Below, piece after piece: positions 25,069 to 35,017 of a stretch of 38,143 nucleotides of DNA; the first letter of the stretch is position 1, and every line of letters starts with the position of its first letter. Below the pieces are notes generated by a model. It saw only the letters and a list, made by a program, of their open reading frames with translations. It did no database searches and was not told the origin of the DNA. This stretch comes from Casimicrobiaceae bacterium (lineage in GTDB: Bacteria > Pseudomonadota > Gammaproteobacteria > Burkholderiales > Casimicrobiaceae), in contig DASSGI010000283.1 in assembly GCA_035857655.1 (NCBI GenBank), positions 1 through 38,143 of the forward strand. Direction: 5' to 3'. Made by a program: the position numbers and the translations under genes.

Positions 25069-25377
25069 ATGCTCGAGCTCAGACCGACCTGCGAGAACTG
25101 CAACAAGGCATTGCCTCCGAGCTCGCTCGACGCGCGGATCTGCAGCTACGAGTGCACGTTCTGCGCAACCTGTGTCGACACTGTGCTGCACAATGTCTGC
25201 CCCAACTGCGGCGGGGGCTTTACGCCGAGACCGGTGCGACCTGCGCGCAACTGGAAGGGTGACAACTACCTGGGAAAGGACCCCGCGAGCACCACGACGA
25301 AGCACAGACCGGTCGATCCGGCGCAGCACGCGCGCTTCGTTGCGGCGATCAGGACGATACCTCCGCACGAGCGGTAG
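25069..25377 (+). CDS. DUF1272 domain-containing (Cys-rich, zinc-ribbon-like) protein
   Basis: MLELRPTCENCNKALPP...ICSYECTFCATCV...CPNCGGGF. Confidence 0.8.
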   Translation: MLELRPTCENCNKALPPSSLDARICSYECTFCATCVDTVLHNVCPNCGGGFTPRPVRPARNWKGDNYLGKDPASTTTKHRPVDPAQHARFVAAIRTIPPHER

Positions 25378-25510
25378 CCTCGTCAGTGGCCCTGGAGCTC
25401 GGCGAGACCGGGGAAGAATTACCGGTTTGACCCTGGGGCGACGGCAGGCGTAGATTGGGCTGCGGCGCGTCCTGGCGCTGATCCAGTCTTGATTCTTGGG
25501 GGGAAGCGAC

Positions 25511-25726
25511 GTGAGTGGCGTGAAAATTCTTGGTGCCATCCTGCTGGTCGCCGGCATTCTCGGCCTCGTGATCGGTCATTTCGAATACACGAAGGAAACG
25601 CACGAAGGACAGTTCGGACCGTTCAAGTTCTCGGTCACCGAAAAGGAGACGCAGATCATTCCGAGCTGGGCGAGCATTACGGTCATCGTCGTCGGCGCCG
25701 CGCTGCTGATCATCAACCGCAAATAG
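25511..25726 (+). CDS. small two-TM membrane protein
   Basis: GTG start after GGGGGGAAG. KILGAILLVAGILGLVIG ... WASITVIVVGAALLII. Confidence 0.6.
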   Translation: MSGVKILGAILLVAGILGLVIGHFEYTKETHEGQFGPFKFSVTEKETQIIPSWASITVIVVGAALLIINRK

Positions 25727-25908
25727 CATCGCTGCGGTGCGGCCGAAGTCGACAGTCTTCACGGCGCGAATCCGCGGGCAGCGAAGCTCGATACACCGGA
25801 AAAGATGCGCCGTGTGCGCGAGGCGTTCGCGAAGCTCGGATTGAAGATTCCGCCGGGCCTCGAGGACGCCTGATATTGACGCCTCCGCCCGGTCTCGAGG
25901 GTGACCGA

Positions 25909-25937
25909 TTGACGAAGCGCGGGGATGCTCCCAGAAT
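25909..25937 (+). promoter_or_regulatory. candidate sigma-70 promoter for the 25970 gene
   Basis: TTGACG, a 17-nt spacer, then CAGAAT. Ends 32 nt before the ATG, which has a GGGAGG RBS. Confidence 0.3.
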
Positions 25938-25969
25938 CCCGAGCCCCAAACAACGGGAGGTGATTCTCG

Positions 25970-26530
25970 ATGACGGCTTTGAGCGCACTGCTCGTTCCGA
26001 TCGTGCTTTCGGCGGTGATCGTATTCGTCGCGAGCTCCATCATTCACATGGCGTTGCCGTGGCACAAGAGCGACTATCCGAAGGTTCCGAACGAGGATCG
26101 CGTGCGCGAAGCGCTGCGTCCGCTCGCGATACCGCCCGGCGACTACATGATCCCGCGCGCGACCAGCATGCAGGACATGAAATCGCAGGAATTCATGACG
26201 AAGATGAACGAAGGGCCGGTTATGGTCGTCACGGTGATGCCGAACGGCCCGTGGACGATGGGGAAGAACCTCACGCAGTGGTTCGTCTACAGCGTCATCG
26301 TCGGTGTCTTCGCAGCTTACGTCGCCGGCACTGCGCTGCCTCCGGGCGCACCGTATCTGCGCGTGTTCCAGCTCGTCGGAGTCAGCGCGTTCATGGGCTA
26401 TGCGCTCGCGCTCTGGCAGCTTTCGATCTGGTATCGCCGCGACTGGACGACGACGATCAAATCGAACGTCGACGGGCTTGTCTACGCGCTGCTCACGGCG
26501 GGCACGTTCGGATGGTTATGGCCGCACTGA
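25970..26530 (+). CDS. conserved hypothetical integral membrane protein (186 aa)
   Basis: About 4 TM segments ([19 protein letters not shown]; [17 protein letters not shown]; [17 protein letters not shown]; [15 protein letters not shown]). Good RBS. Confidence 0.7.
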   Translation: MTALSALLVPIVLSAVIVFVASSIIHMALPWHKSDYPKVPNEDRVREALRPLAIPPGDYMIPRATSMQDMKSQEFMTKMNEGPVMVVTVMPNGPWTMGKNLTQWFVYSVIVGVFAAYVAGTALPPGAPYLRVFQLVGVSAFMGYALALWQLSIWYRRDWTTTIKSNVDGLVYALLTAGTFGWLWPH

Positions 26531-26602
26531 CGGCGATGACCGAACACGGTGCCGGAATCACGCCGCAACGTTAGCGCGCACGACTGACCGACGACGCCGG
26601 CG

Positions 26603-27073
26603 ATGAAGGACATGCTCGTCAGGCTGTATGCGCTTCCAAGTGCGGAGGAGGCGGTTGCCGACTGCGCGAAGCGCGGCGTGACGATACGCAGGGCGCTGGC
26701 GCCCGAGCGGGCCGCACTCGTCGATTGGGTGCGCGCGCATTTCGCGAGCTCCGCGGCGGAAGTGGAGACCGCCTTCGCGCAGGTGCCGGTGACCTGCTTC
26801 ATCGCGCTGCGCAACGACACGATCGTCGGCTTCGCGTGCTACGACGTGACGTGCCGCAACTTCTTCGGTCCGGAGGGCGTGGTGGACGCGGAGCGCGGCC
26901 GCGGCATCGGACGTGCACTGCTGCTGTCCGCACTGCACGCACAGCGGGAACGCGGTTACGCTTACGCGATCATCGGCGGCGTGGGCCCGGCGCCGTTCTA
27001 CGAGAAAGTCGTCGGCGCGATTCCGATCCCGGGCTCGACGCCAGGCATCTACGCCGGCTTGCTCAAACGATGA
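26603..27073 (+). CDS. GNAT family N-acetyltransferase
   Basis: VVDAERGRGIGRALLLSALHAQRERGYAYAII...FYEKV. Confidence 0.8.
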   Translation: MKDMLVRLYALPSAEEAVADCAKRGVTIRRALAPERAALVDWVRAHFASSAAEVETAFAQVPVTCFIALRNDTIVGFACYDVTCRNFFGPEGVVDAERGRGIGRALLLSALHAQRERGYAYAIIGGVGPAPFYEKVVGAIPIPGSTPGIYAGLLKR

Positions 27074-27077
27074 TCTC

Positions 27078-27671
27078 GTGACGGCAGGAGGCCGCGCCAC
27101 GCTGTTCGCCGCAGAACGGTTTCGCGCAATCGAGCTCGGCGCCGGGGACGCGCCCTGGCTGCAACGATTCTTCGACGAGAACCCGGAGTATTTCGTCATT
27201 GTTTCCGAGGAAGGTCCGACATCCACCGAAGCGAGCGATACGATCCACGACCCGCTCCCGGGCGGCTGGACGTTCACGAAGAAATGGTCGATCGGTTTTG
27301 TCGATGCAAACGGCTCGATGATCGGGATGGCAGATGTCGTTTCGGACATTCTCGCCCAGCACGTCTGGCACATCGGCCTCTTCATCGTGGCGACGCGGCT
27401 GCACGGTGCAGGCACCGCGCAGCTTCTGTATGCGAGTCTCGAGCGCTGGACGCAAGAGCATGGCGCGGAGTGGCTGCGGCTCGGCGTCGTCGAAGGCAAT
27501 ACGCGTGCGGAGTGCTTCTGGCAGCGCTGCGCCTTCGTCGCCGTGCGTACGCGCAGCATGCAAATCGGCAAGCGCACGCCTACCATTCGCGTGATGTACA
27601 AGCCGCTCGCCGATGGCAGCCTCGGCGAATACCTGAGTCTCGTCCCGCGCGACCACCCGGACGCACCGTGA
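27078..27671 (+). CDS. GNAT family N-acetyltransferase
   Basis: GTG start 4 nt after the previous stop. IGLFIVATRLHGAGTAQLLYASLERWTQEHGAEWLRLGVVEGNTRAECFWQRCAF. Confidence 0.75.
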   Translation: MTAGGRATLFAAERFRAIELGAGDAPWLQRFFDENPEYFVIVSEEGPTSTEASDTIHDPLPGGWTFTKKWSIGFVDANGSMIGMADVVSDILAQHVWHIGLFIVATRLHGAGTAQLLYASLERWTQEHGAEWLRLGVVEGNTRAECFWQRCAFVAVRTRSMQIGKRTPTIRVMYKPLADGSLGEYLSLVPRDHPDAP

Positions 27672-27747
27672 CGGCACGGGAAAGTTACGGGAAGAACCGT
27701 GTTCGCAGCCTGTTTGCCGTCACAGCCAGCTTTTGAAGGGAACCATC

Positions 27748-28128
27748 ATGAGTGAAGCACAGACCTACCCCTATGCGACCCACCTCGACATTCGCTATCC
27801 GCCGCTCGCGCTGGTCGACGTTCCCGACCTGATCGCGACCTGCAAGGATCGCTGGTACAACCAGACGCTTTGCCAGGTCAACGCCTCGGTCGTCCGCCTC
27901 GGCGTCGTTCAGGGCGAATACCACTGGCACAAGCACGACAACGACGACGAATTCTTTTTCGTGATCGACGGCCGCTTCATGATCGATCTCGAGGACCGGA
28001 CGGTCGAGCTCGAGCCGCAACAGGGCTTCGTCGTGCCGAAAGGCGTGGTCCATCGAACCCGGGCGCCGGAGCGCGCGGTGATCCTGATGGTCGAGAACGC
28101 GGGCATCGTGCCGACGGGCGACGCCTGA
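27748..28128 (+). CDS. cupin domain-containing protein
   Basis: GEYHWHKHDNDDEFFFVIDGRFMIDL...GFVVPKGVVHRTRA. The ATG follows GAAGGGAA. Confidence 0.85.
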   Translation: MSEAQTYPYATHLDIRYPPLALVDVPDLIATCKDRWYNQTLCQVNASVVRLGVVQGEYHWHKHDNDDEFFFVIDGRFMIDLEDRTVELEPQQGFVVPKGVVHRTRAPERAVILMVENAGIVPTGDA

Positions 28129-28150
28129 CGCGAGGACAACGGAGACAACG

Positions 28151-28432
28151 ATGTGCAGGAACATCAAGCTGCTCTTCAATTTCGCGCCGCCGGTGACCGA
28201 CGAGGAGATCCGGGCGGCAGCGCTCCAGTTCGTGCGCAAGATCAGCGGCTTCAACAAGCCGTCGAAAGCGAACGAAGCGGCGTTTCGCGCCGCCGTCGAC
28301 GGTGTGGCCGCGGTTTCGACGACGCTCCTCCACGCGCTCGAGACCACGGCGCCGCCGAGGGATCGCGCGATCGAGGCCGCCAGGGCGAAGGCGCGCGCGG
28401 CCGTCCACTATGCGCGCGCGGGCGGCGGTTGA
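28151..28432 (+). CDS. DUF2277 domain-containing protein
   Basis: MCRNIKLLFNFAPPVTDEEIRAAALQFVRKISGFNKPS. Confidence 0.8.
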   Translation: MCRNIKLLFNFAPPVTDEEIRAAALQFVRKISGFNKPSKANEAAFRAAVDGVAAVSTTLLHALETTAPPRDRAIEAARAKARAAVHYARAGGG

Positions 28433-28464
28433 TCGCCGGGCGTCGACGCATCTACAATCGAATC

Positions 28465-29765
<1,301 letters not shown>

Positions 29766-29772
29766 GGTGATC

Positions 29773-30258
29773 ATGTCAAAGATCGAAGCCCGATTGCAGT
29801 CACTCGGCCTGGTGCTGCCAGCGCCGTTGCAGCTTCCGCCCGGTGTGGTGTTGCCGTTTCCATGGGTACGCGTTCGCGGCAATCGGGCCTATGTTTCGGG
29901 CCATGCGGCGCAGAACCCTGACGGCACGCTCGCCGCGCCGCTCGGCAAGGTCGGGCTCGGGGTCTCGCTCGACCAGGCGCACTCGCTGGCGCGCCTTGCG
30001 GGGCTCTCGATACTCGGGAGCCTCAAGCGCGAGCTCGGCGATCTCGATCGCGTCTCGGCGTGGCTTCGCGTGTTCGGCATGGTCAACTCGGCGCCGGGAT
30101 TCAATCAGCAGCCGCTCGTCATCAACGGGTTCTCGAACCTGATCCTCGATCTCTACGGCCCGGAGCGCGGCAGCCACGCGCGCTCCGCGATCGGCATGGC
30201 CGAGTTGCCGCTCGGCATCCCCGTCGAGATCGAGGCTGAAGTCGAGATCGACGGCTGA
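29773..30258 (+). CDS. RidA/YjgF family protein
   Basis: RVRGNRAYVSGH...ARSAIGMAELPLGIPVEIEAEVEI. The ATG follows GAGGTGA. Confidence 0.85.
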   Translation: MSKIEARLQSLGLVLPAPLQLPPGVVLPFPWVRVRGNRAYVSGHAAQNPDGTLAAPLGKVGLGVSLDQAHSLARLAGLSILGSLKRELGDLDRVSAWLRVFGMVNSAPGFNQQPLVINGFSNLILDLYGPERGSHARSAIGMAELPLGIPVEIEAEVEIDG

Positions 30259-30274
30259 ACCCCATCGAGCATCG

Positions 30275-30307
30275 CGCGAATTTGTCAACATTGTTGACGA
30301 ATTCGCG
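30275..30307. repeat. AT-rich palindromic element, copy 2 (15-3-15 inverted repeat)
   Basis: CGCGAATTTGTCAAC-ATT-GTTGACGAATTCGCG, with one T/C mismatch (G.U in RNA). The core at 30278-30298 is identical to 2181-2201. Lies 17 nt after the RidA stop and 19 nt before the oxidoreductase ATG. Confidence 0.85.
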
Positions 30308-30325
30308 TTCGGAAGCGAAGTCTTC

Positions 30326-31345
30326 ATGAGCGCATCGCCGCAACCGCTACGCATCGGCATCCTGGGCGCCGCGAATATCGCGCGGTACTTCATCAAGGAC
30401 GTCCGCACGTCATCGAAGGTCCGCGTGGAGGCGCTCGCGAGTCGAGACATCGAGCGCGGCAAAGCGTTCGCCGCCGCGAACGGCGTGCCGCGCGTGGTCC
30501 CGACGTACGAGGCGCTGCTTGCCGACCCCGCGATCGATGCGCTCTACAACCCGCTGCCGAATAGTCTGCACGCGGAGTGGACGATTCGCGCGACGGACGC
30601 AGGCAAGCACGTGCTCTGCGAAAAGCCGATTGCCGCCTCGACGGTCGAGGCGAGAGACATGTTCGAGGCTGCGCGCCGCAACAACGTCTATGTCGTCGAA
30701 GCGTATCCGTACCGCGCCCAACCGCAGACGATCAAACTGAAGGAGCTCGTCGACGCCAAAGCGATCGGACGCTTGCAGCTCGTTTATGCTTCGCTCGGCT
30801 TCCTGATGACCGATGCGTGCAACATCCGGTTCGATCCGACGCTCGCCGGGGGATCGTTGATGGACGTGGGAAGCTACCCGGTCAGCCTCGCTCGAATGAT
30901 CGCCGGCGAGCGACCCGTGCGTGTCCATGCGATGGCACGAATGGCCGAAACCGGGGTCGACCGCACGGTCGTCGGCTCGCTCGAGTTCGCGAGCGGGCTT
31001 CTTGCGCAGATCTCGTGCAGTTTCGCGACCGGCCGCTTTCGTCAGGCCCACATCGTCGGCGACGCGGGATTGATCGAGACGACCTATCACAACGACACTT
31101 CGGCCACGCAGCCGCCGATCGTCAACATTCGCCGCGGGATCGGCTTCGACGCGCCGTTTGAATCGATCGAATGCGCCGCGATCGGCGGCTTTCTCGCCGA
31201 AGCTGACGCCTTTTGCGATCTGGTGCGCGGCGGATGGGATCGCTGGCCGGGGGCTACGCACGACGAGTCGATCGACATCATGCTGACGATCGAAGCGCTC
31301 GCAGCGAGCATTCGCTCGGGAATGCCGGTCGCCGTCGGCACCTAG
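30326..31345 (+). CDS. Gfo/Idh/MocA family NAD(P)-dependent oxidoreductase
   Basis: LRIGILGAANIARYF ... LHAEWTIRATDAGKHVLCEKPIA. Confidence 0.9.
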   Translation: MSASPQPLRIGILGAANIARYFIKDVRTSSKVRVEALASRDIERGKAFAAANGVPRVVPTYEALLADPAIDALYNPLPNSLHAEWTIRATDAGKHVLCEKPIAASTVEARDMFEAARRNNVYVVEAYPYRAQPQTIKLKELVDAKAIGRLQLVYASLGFLMTDACNIRFDPTLAGGSLMDVGSYPVSLARMIAGERPVRVHAMARMAETGVDRTVVGSLEFASGLLAQISCSFATGRFRQAHIVGDAGLIETTYHNDTSATQPPIVNIRRGIGFDAPFESIECAAIGGFLAEADAFCDLVRGGWDRWPGATHDESIDIMLTIEALAASIRSGMPVAVGT

Positions 31346-31404
31346 GCGATTCGCCGCCGAAGCCGGGCGAGGAACGCCCGCTCGCCACGCGTCGGTCCGC
31401 GCGG

Positions 31405-31929
31405 CTAGCGCTTCAACGCACGGCACTCGAGCGGCAGCAGTCCGTCCTTGATGCTCCTCAGGGTCGAGCCGTTCACCGTCATCTTGCTCGGCGCCTCCGC
31501 GCTTCCGCATACCCACGCGACGGGCACGATCGGCGCGTCGGCGACGACTGCGGGGCGCAACGAGAGAACGTTTCCGGAGATCGCCCCGCTCGCGCGATTG
31601 CCGAACGTGATGTGAATGGCGCCGTCGCGCACCGTGACCGACGTCACATAGTTCGCGACGATCTTGTCGGGAACCGGCAGCCCGGCCGCCGCATTGTCGG
31701 CGGGGAAGGTCTGCGTCGCCGCCCATGCGTCGGCGACGGGCTTCTTTGCAACGTCGGCGAGAGGCAGCGATTCCCGGATCTGGTCGCGAACGATCCGCTC
31801 GAGGTACGACGGAACGGCCAGTGTCGCCAGGATGGCGATGACCGCAATGACCGCCACCATTTCCATCATCGTGAAACCGCCCCGCCGCCTGCTTATCGAC
31901 TGTCCTGCATCCACCCCTTTCGTCGGCAT
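31405..31929 (-). CDS. type IV pilin (prepilin-type N-terminal cleavage/methylation domain)
   Basis: Class III signal RRRGG|FTMMEMVAVIAVIAILATLAVPSY with Glu at +5, and a C-terminal Cys...Cys pair. The start is ambiguous (ATG 31929 or GTG 31914). Confidence 0.85.
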   Translation of the reverse strand: MPTKGVDAGQSISRRRGGFTMMEMVAVIAVIAILATLAVPSYLERIVRDQIRESLPLADVAKKPVADAWAATQTFPADNAAAGLPVPDKIVANYVTSVTVRDGAIHITFGNRASGAISGNVLSLRPAVVADAPIVPVAWVCGSAEAPSKMTVNGSTLRSIKDGLLPLECRALKR

Positions 31930-32042
31930 GGCGCATCATAATTCACTCCCTCCGCGATGTCGGCTACCATGTACCTGCCGGCCCGTGTCATCGCCATCTT
32001 GGCGTCGCAGCTCGAATCCCCCGCCCGCGACAAGGAGACTCC

Positions 32043-32426
32043 ATGCCGCTCGTTACCGTCACGCTCCGCAAGGGGAAATCCACGGAGTTCAAATCCGCCG
32101 TTCTCTCGGCCGTTCATCGCGCGCTCGTCGCTTCGGGCGTGCCGGAAGCCGACCGCTTCCAGCGGGTTCTGGAGCTCGGTCCCGACGACTTCCGGTTCGA
32201 TCCCACGTATCCGGACGCGAGCGCGCCCCGGACCGACGACTTCGTCCTGATCGAAGTGCTGCTCTCGGTCGGGCGCAGCGTCAAGGTGAAGCGCAAGGTT
32301 CTTTCCGACATCATCGCCGGCATCGAGTCGGCGCCGGGATTGCATCGCGACGACGTGATGGTCGTCTTCAAGGAAACGCAGTGGGAGAACTGGGCGTTCG
32401 CCGGCGGCCGGATCATCCACGCCTAG
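32043..32426 (+). CDS. tautomerase family protein (4-OT superfamily, long form)
   Basis: Starts MPLVTVTL (catalytic Pro1 context) and ends ...VMVVFKETQWENWAFAGG. Strong RBS AAGGAG. Confidence 0.8.
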   Translation: MPLVTVTLRKGKSTEFKSAVLSAVHRALVASGVPEADRFQRVLELGPDDFRFDPTYPDASAPRTDDFVLIEVLLSVGRSVKVKRKVLSDIIAGIESAPGLHRDDVMVVFKETQWENWAFAGGRIIHA

Positions 32427-32469
32427 GACGCGCGCTTCACGATCGACGCTTTCGACGAACGGATCGCAC

Positions 32470-32796
32470 GTGACCGAATTCTGCGAGCACTTTCGCGACA
32501 TCGAGCCGGTGACGCCTTCGAGCAGGGGCTGCGAGGATTGCCTCGCGATCGGCGCGACGTGGACGGAGCTTCGCGTTTGCCTCGTCTGCGGCCACGTCGG
32601 ATGCTGCGAGGATTCCGAGCATGCGCATGCGCTCCACCACTTCAACGCAACCGGTCATCCGGTCATCGCACCGCTCTCGCGCAGCGAGACGTGGGGATGG
32701 TGTTATATCCATCGGCGATATTACGATCCGATGCCCGCCAACCGGTTCAAGCGGCGCTCGCCGCTCGCGGCGTTGTTCGGTCGCTCGAGTCGCTGA
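32470..32796 (+). CDS. UBP-type zinc finger domain-containing protein
   Basis: CEDCLAIGATWTELRVCLVCGHVGCCEDSEHAHALHHFNATGHP. Confidence 0.8.
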   Translation: MTEFCEHFRDIEPVTPSSRGCEDCLAIGATWTELRVCLVCGHVGCCEDSEHAHALHHFNATGHPVIAPLSRSETWGWCYIHRRYYDPMPANRFKRRSPLAALFGRSSR

Positions 32797-32812
32797 CGAG
32801 GGGAATCCCGCC

Positions 32813-33301
32813 GTGTCCGAGTACGTCGTCACCGTTCGCTGGGAACGCGCCGGCCAGCGGTTCATCGACAACAAATACCGTCGCGCCCACACGTGGTCGT
32901 TCGACGGCGGCATCGAGGTTCCGGGGTCGTCATCGCCCACGGTCGTTCCGCTTCCGTATTCGGAAGCGCGGGCGATCGATCCCGAGGAAGCGTTCGTCGC
33001 TTCGCTTTCGAGCTGCCACATGCTCTGGTTTCTGTCGATCGCCGCGCAGCGCAAGTTCTGCGTGGAGAGCTACGTCGACGAAGCACTCGGCGTAATGGGC
33101 AGGAATGCCGCCGGCAAGCTCGCGATGACAAAGGTCACGCTGCGGCCGAAAGTCGTGTTCGTCGGTGAGCATCGGCCGACAACCGATGAGATTGCCGCGA
33201 TGCACCACAAGGCGCATGACGAGTGCTTCATCGCGAGCTCCGTGACGACCGACGTCCGCTGCGAGCCGGTCAGCTCGGACGCCGGTCCGGCAACGCTATA
33301 G
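32813..33301 (+). CDS. OsmC/Ohr family protein
   Basis: GTG start after GAGGGGAA. EEAFVASLSSCHMLWFLSIAA ... HDECFIASSV (two conserved Cys). Confidence 0.8.
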   Translation: MSEYVVTVRWERAGQRFIDNKYRRAHTWSFDGGIEVPGSSSPTVVPLPYSEARAIDPEEAFVASLSSCHMLWFLSIAAQRKFCVESYVDEALGVMGRNAAGKLAMTKVTLRPKVVFVGEHRPTTDEIAAMHHKAHDECFIASSVTTDVRCEPVSSDAGPATL

Positions 33302-33350
33302 AATTGTTCGAACTGGGCGCCGCATCACCCACAAGGATCAGGAGGCTACG

Positions 33351-33557
33351 ATGAACGAAGAGACCTTCAACCTGAGCATTCGGAAGTATCTGAAGATGGT
33401 CGGCATCAATTCGCAGCGCGAGATCGAGCACGCGGTAGCGAACGCGATCTCGGCAGGCCGCATCAAAGGTACCGAGTCGTTTCCGGCGACGGTGAGACTG
33501 CAGGTGGCCGGATTGAACATCGACGTGAAGTTCGACGGCGACATCAAGCTCCAATAG
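33351..33557 (+). CDS. small conserved protein (DUF6494-like, 68 aa)
   Basis: Strong RBS CAGGAGG. MNEETFNLSIRKYLKMVGINSQREIE. Visibly lower GC than its neighbours. Confidence 0.7.
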   Translation: MNEETFNLSIRKYLKMVGINSQREIEHAVANAISAGRIKGTESFPATVRLQVAGLNIDVKFDGDIKLQ

Positions 33558-33636
33558 CGAAGCGCGGGGCTCCGGATTCGATGAGCACGTTCAATTCGAA
33601 GCAAAACCGGATTGCGCTGCATTCGCACGCGGACGC

Positions 33637-34224
33637 GTGACGCGCGATGACCCGAGCGCAGTGACGGGCGACGAAGCCGGCGAAGTCACGGGCGCCGAAG
33701 CGGGGATAACGGCGCGCCTGCGAATCGAGCCGTTGCGTGCCGATCACGCGGCGCCGCTCTTCGATGCGCTCTCGGACCCGAGGATTTACGCGTACATTCC
33801 CGACGAGCGCCATGCGAGCGTCGACTCGCTTGCGCGGCGCTACGCGTTCCTCGAATGCGGCGCTCCCGAAGGCGTCGAGGAGGTTTGGCTCAACTGGGCG
33901 CTGCAACGCATCGACACCGGTGCGTACATCGGCACGCTACAGGCGACCGTCGTGCCGCAATCGCGCGCCTTCATCGGCTACGTGCTGACGCCTTCCGCCT
34001 GGGGCCGGGGATTTGCGACCGAAGCATGCCGCTGGCTCGTGACCGCGCTGAACGCTCATTTCGCCGTCGACGAGATTTTGGCGACCGTCGATACGCGCAA
34101 CATGGCGTCGGTGCGCGTCCTCGAGCGACTCGGCTTCGCTCGGATCGGAACATCGCCTGCCGAGATTCGCGGCGAAGTCACGACGGATTTCCGCTATCGC
34201 CTCGGTGCCCCACCGGCCGCTTGA
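33637..34224 (+). CDS. GNAT family N-acetyltransferase (RimJ/RimL-like)
   Basis: LRIEPLRADHAAPLFDALSDPRIYAYIP...WGRGFATEACRWLV...NMASVRVLERLGF. Confidence 0.85.
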   Translation: MTRDDPSAVTGDEAGEVTGAEAGITARLRIEPLRADHAAPLFDALSDPRIYAYIPDERHASVDSLARRYAFLECGAPEGVEEVWLNWALQRIDTGAYIGTLQATVVPQSRAFIGYVLTPSAWGRGFATEACRWLVTALNAHFAVDEILATVDTRNMASVRVLERLGFARIGTSPAEIRGEVTTDFRYRLGAPPAA

Positions 34225-34296
34225 CGTGTCACGAAGCCTCGCTTGACGGTATGATCGGCTCGCATTGACGCCTCTGTCTCCCACGAAAGGTCATCG

Positions 34297-34917
34297 ATGC
34301 TCGTCATCTGGGGAAGGAACAACTCGGTAAACGTTCAGAAGACGCTGTGGTGTTGCGAGGAGATGGGACTACCGTACCGGCGCATCGATGCCGGCGCCAC
34401 GTTCGGCGTCGTCAACACGCCCGAGTACCGCAAGCTCAATCCGAACGGCCTCGTCCCCACGATCGACGACGAAGGATTCGTGCTGTGGGAGTCCAACGCG
34501 GTCGTCCGCTATCTCGCCGGCAAGCACGGTCACGGCGGGCTCGCGCCGAGCGATCCGCGCGCACGCGCGATCGCCGATCAATGGATGGACTGGCAGGTGT
34601 CGCTCTTCTGGCCGACGATCCGCGCATTGTTCATGGGCCTCGTCCGCACGCCGGAGCCGGAGCGCGACCACAAGGCGATCGAGGCGTCCCGCGTAAAGAC
34701 CGCCGAGGTCCTGGGCATCGTCGACAGGCAGCTAGCCGCGCGCGCGTTTCTCGCCGGAGATGCGCTGACAATGGGCGACATTCCGATGGGCTGCAGCATC
34801 TGGCGCTGGATGGAGCTGCCGATCGAGCGGCCAGCGCTGCCGAACGTCGAGCGGTGGTTCAAAGCGCTGACCGAGCGACCTGCCTACAAGAAAACGGTGA
34901 TGCTGCCGCTCACCTGA
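34297..34917 (+). CDS. glutathione S-transferase
   Basis: NVQKTLWCCEEMGLPY...KLNPNGLVPTIDDEGFVLWESNAVVRYL. C-terminal helical domain. Confidence 0.9.
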   Translation: MLVIWGRNNSVNVQKTLWCCEEMGLPYRRIDAGATFGVVNTPEYRKLNPNGLVPTIDDEGFVLWESNAVVRYLAGKHGHGGLAPSDPRARAIADQWMDWQVSLFWPTIRALFMGLVRTPEPERDHKAIEASRVKTAEVLGIVDRQLAARAFLAGDALTMGDIPMGCSIWRWMELPIERPALPNVERWFKALTERPAYKKTVMLPLT

Positions 34918-35017
34918 ACGGCTGCACGCCGCGGCAATCGCGCCACCCGTGCGCTTGCGCGGCCGATGCCGCGAGCCGTTGCGGCGCGAGGAAAGCGCGA
35001 TCGATCGAGGGATCCGG

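Noticed and set aside
25805-25873. 22-codon ORF (MRRVREAFAKLGLKIPPGLEDA) in the 243-nt spacer before the 25970 gene
   Set aside because: Decent GC3, and the frame is open further upstream, but there is no convincing RBS or alternative start and it is too short to assess. It could be a gene remnant. Left uncalled.
30410-31939. 509-aa minus-strand ORF spanning the oxidoreductase and pilin genes
   Set aside because: Antisense to a clear Gfo/Idh/MocA gene, out of frame with the pilin gene, and Arg/Asp/Gly-rich. A shadow ORF. Its start is noted only because it sits at an ideal distance from the SD upstream of the pilin gene.
31930-32042. Sigma-54 promoter upstream of the pilin gene
   Set aside because: The best candidate (cGGCAGGTACATGGTAg) matches TGGCAC-N5-TTGC poorly at the -12 element. 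Not supportable.
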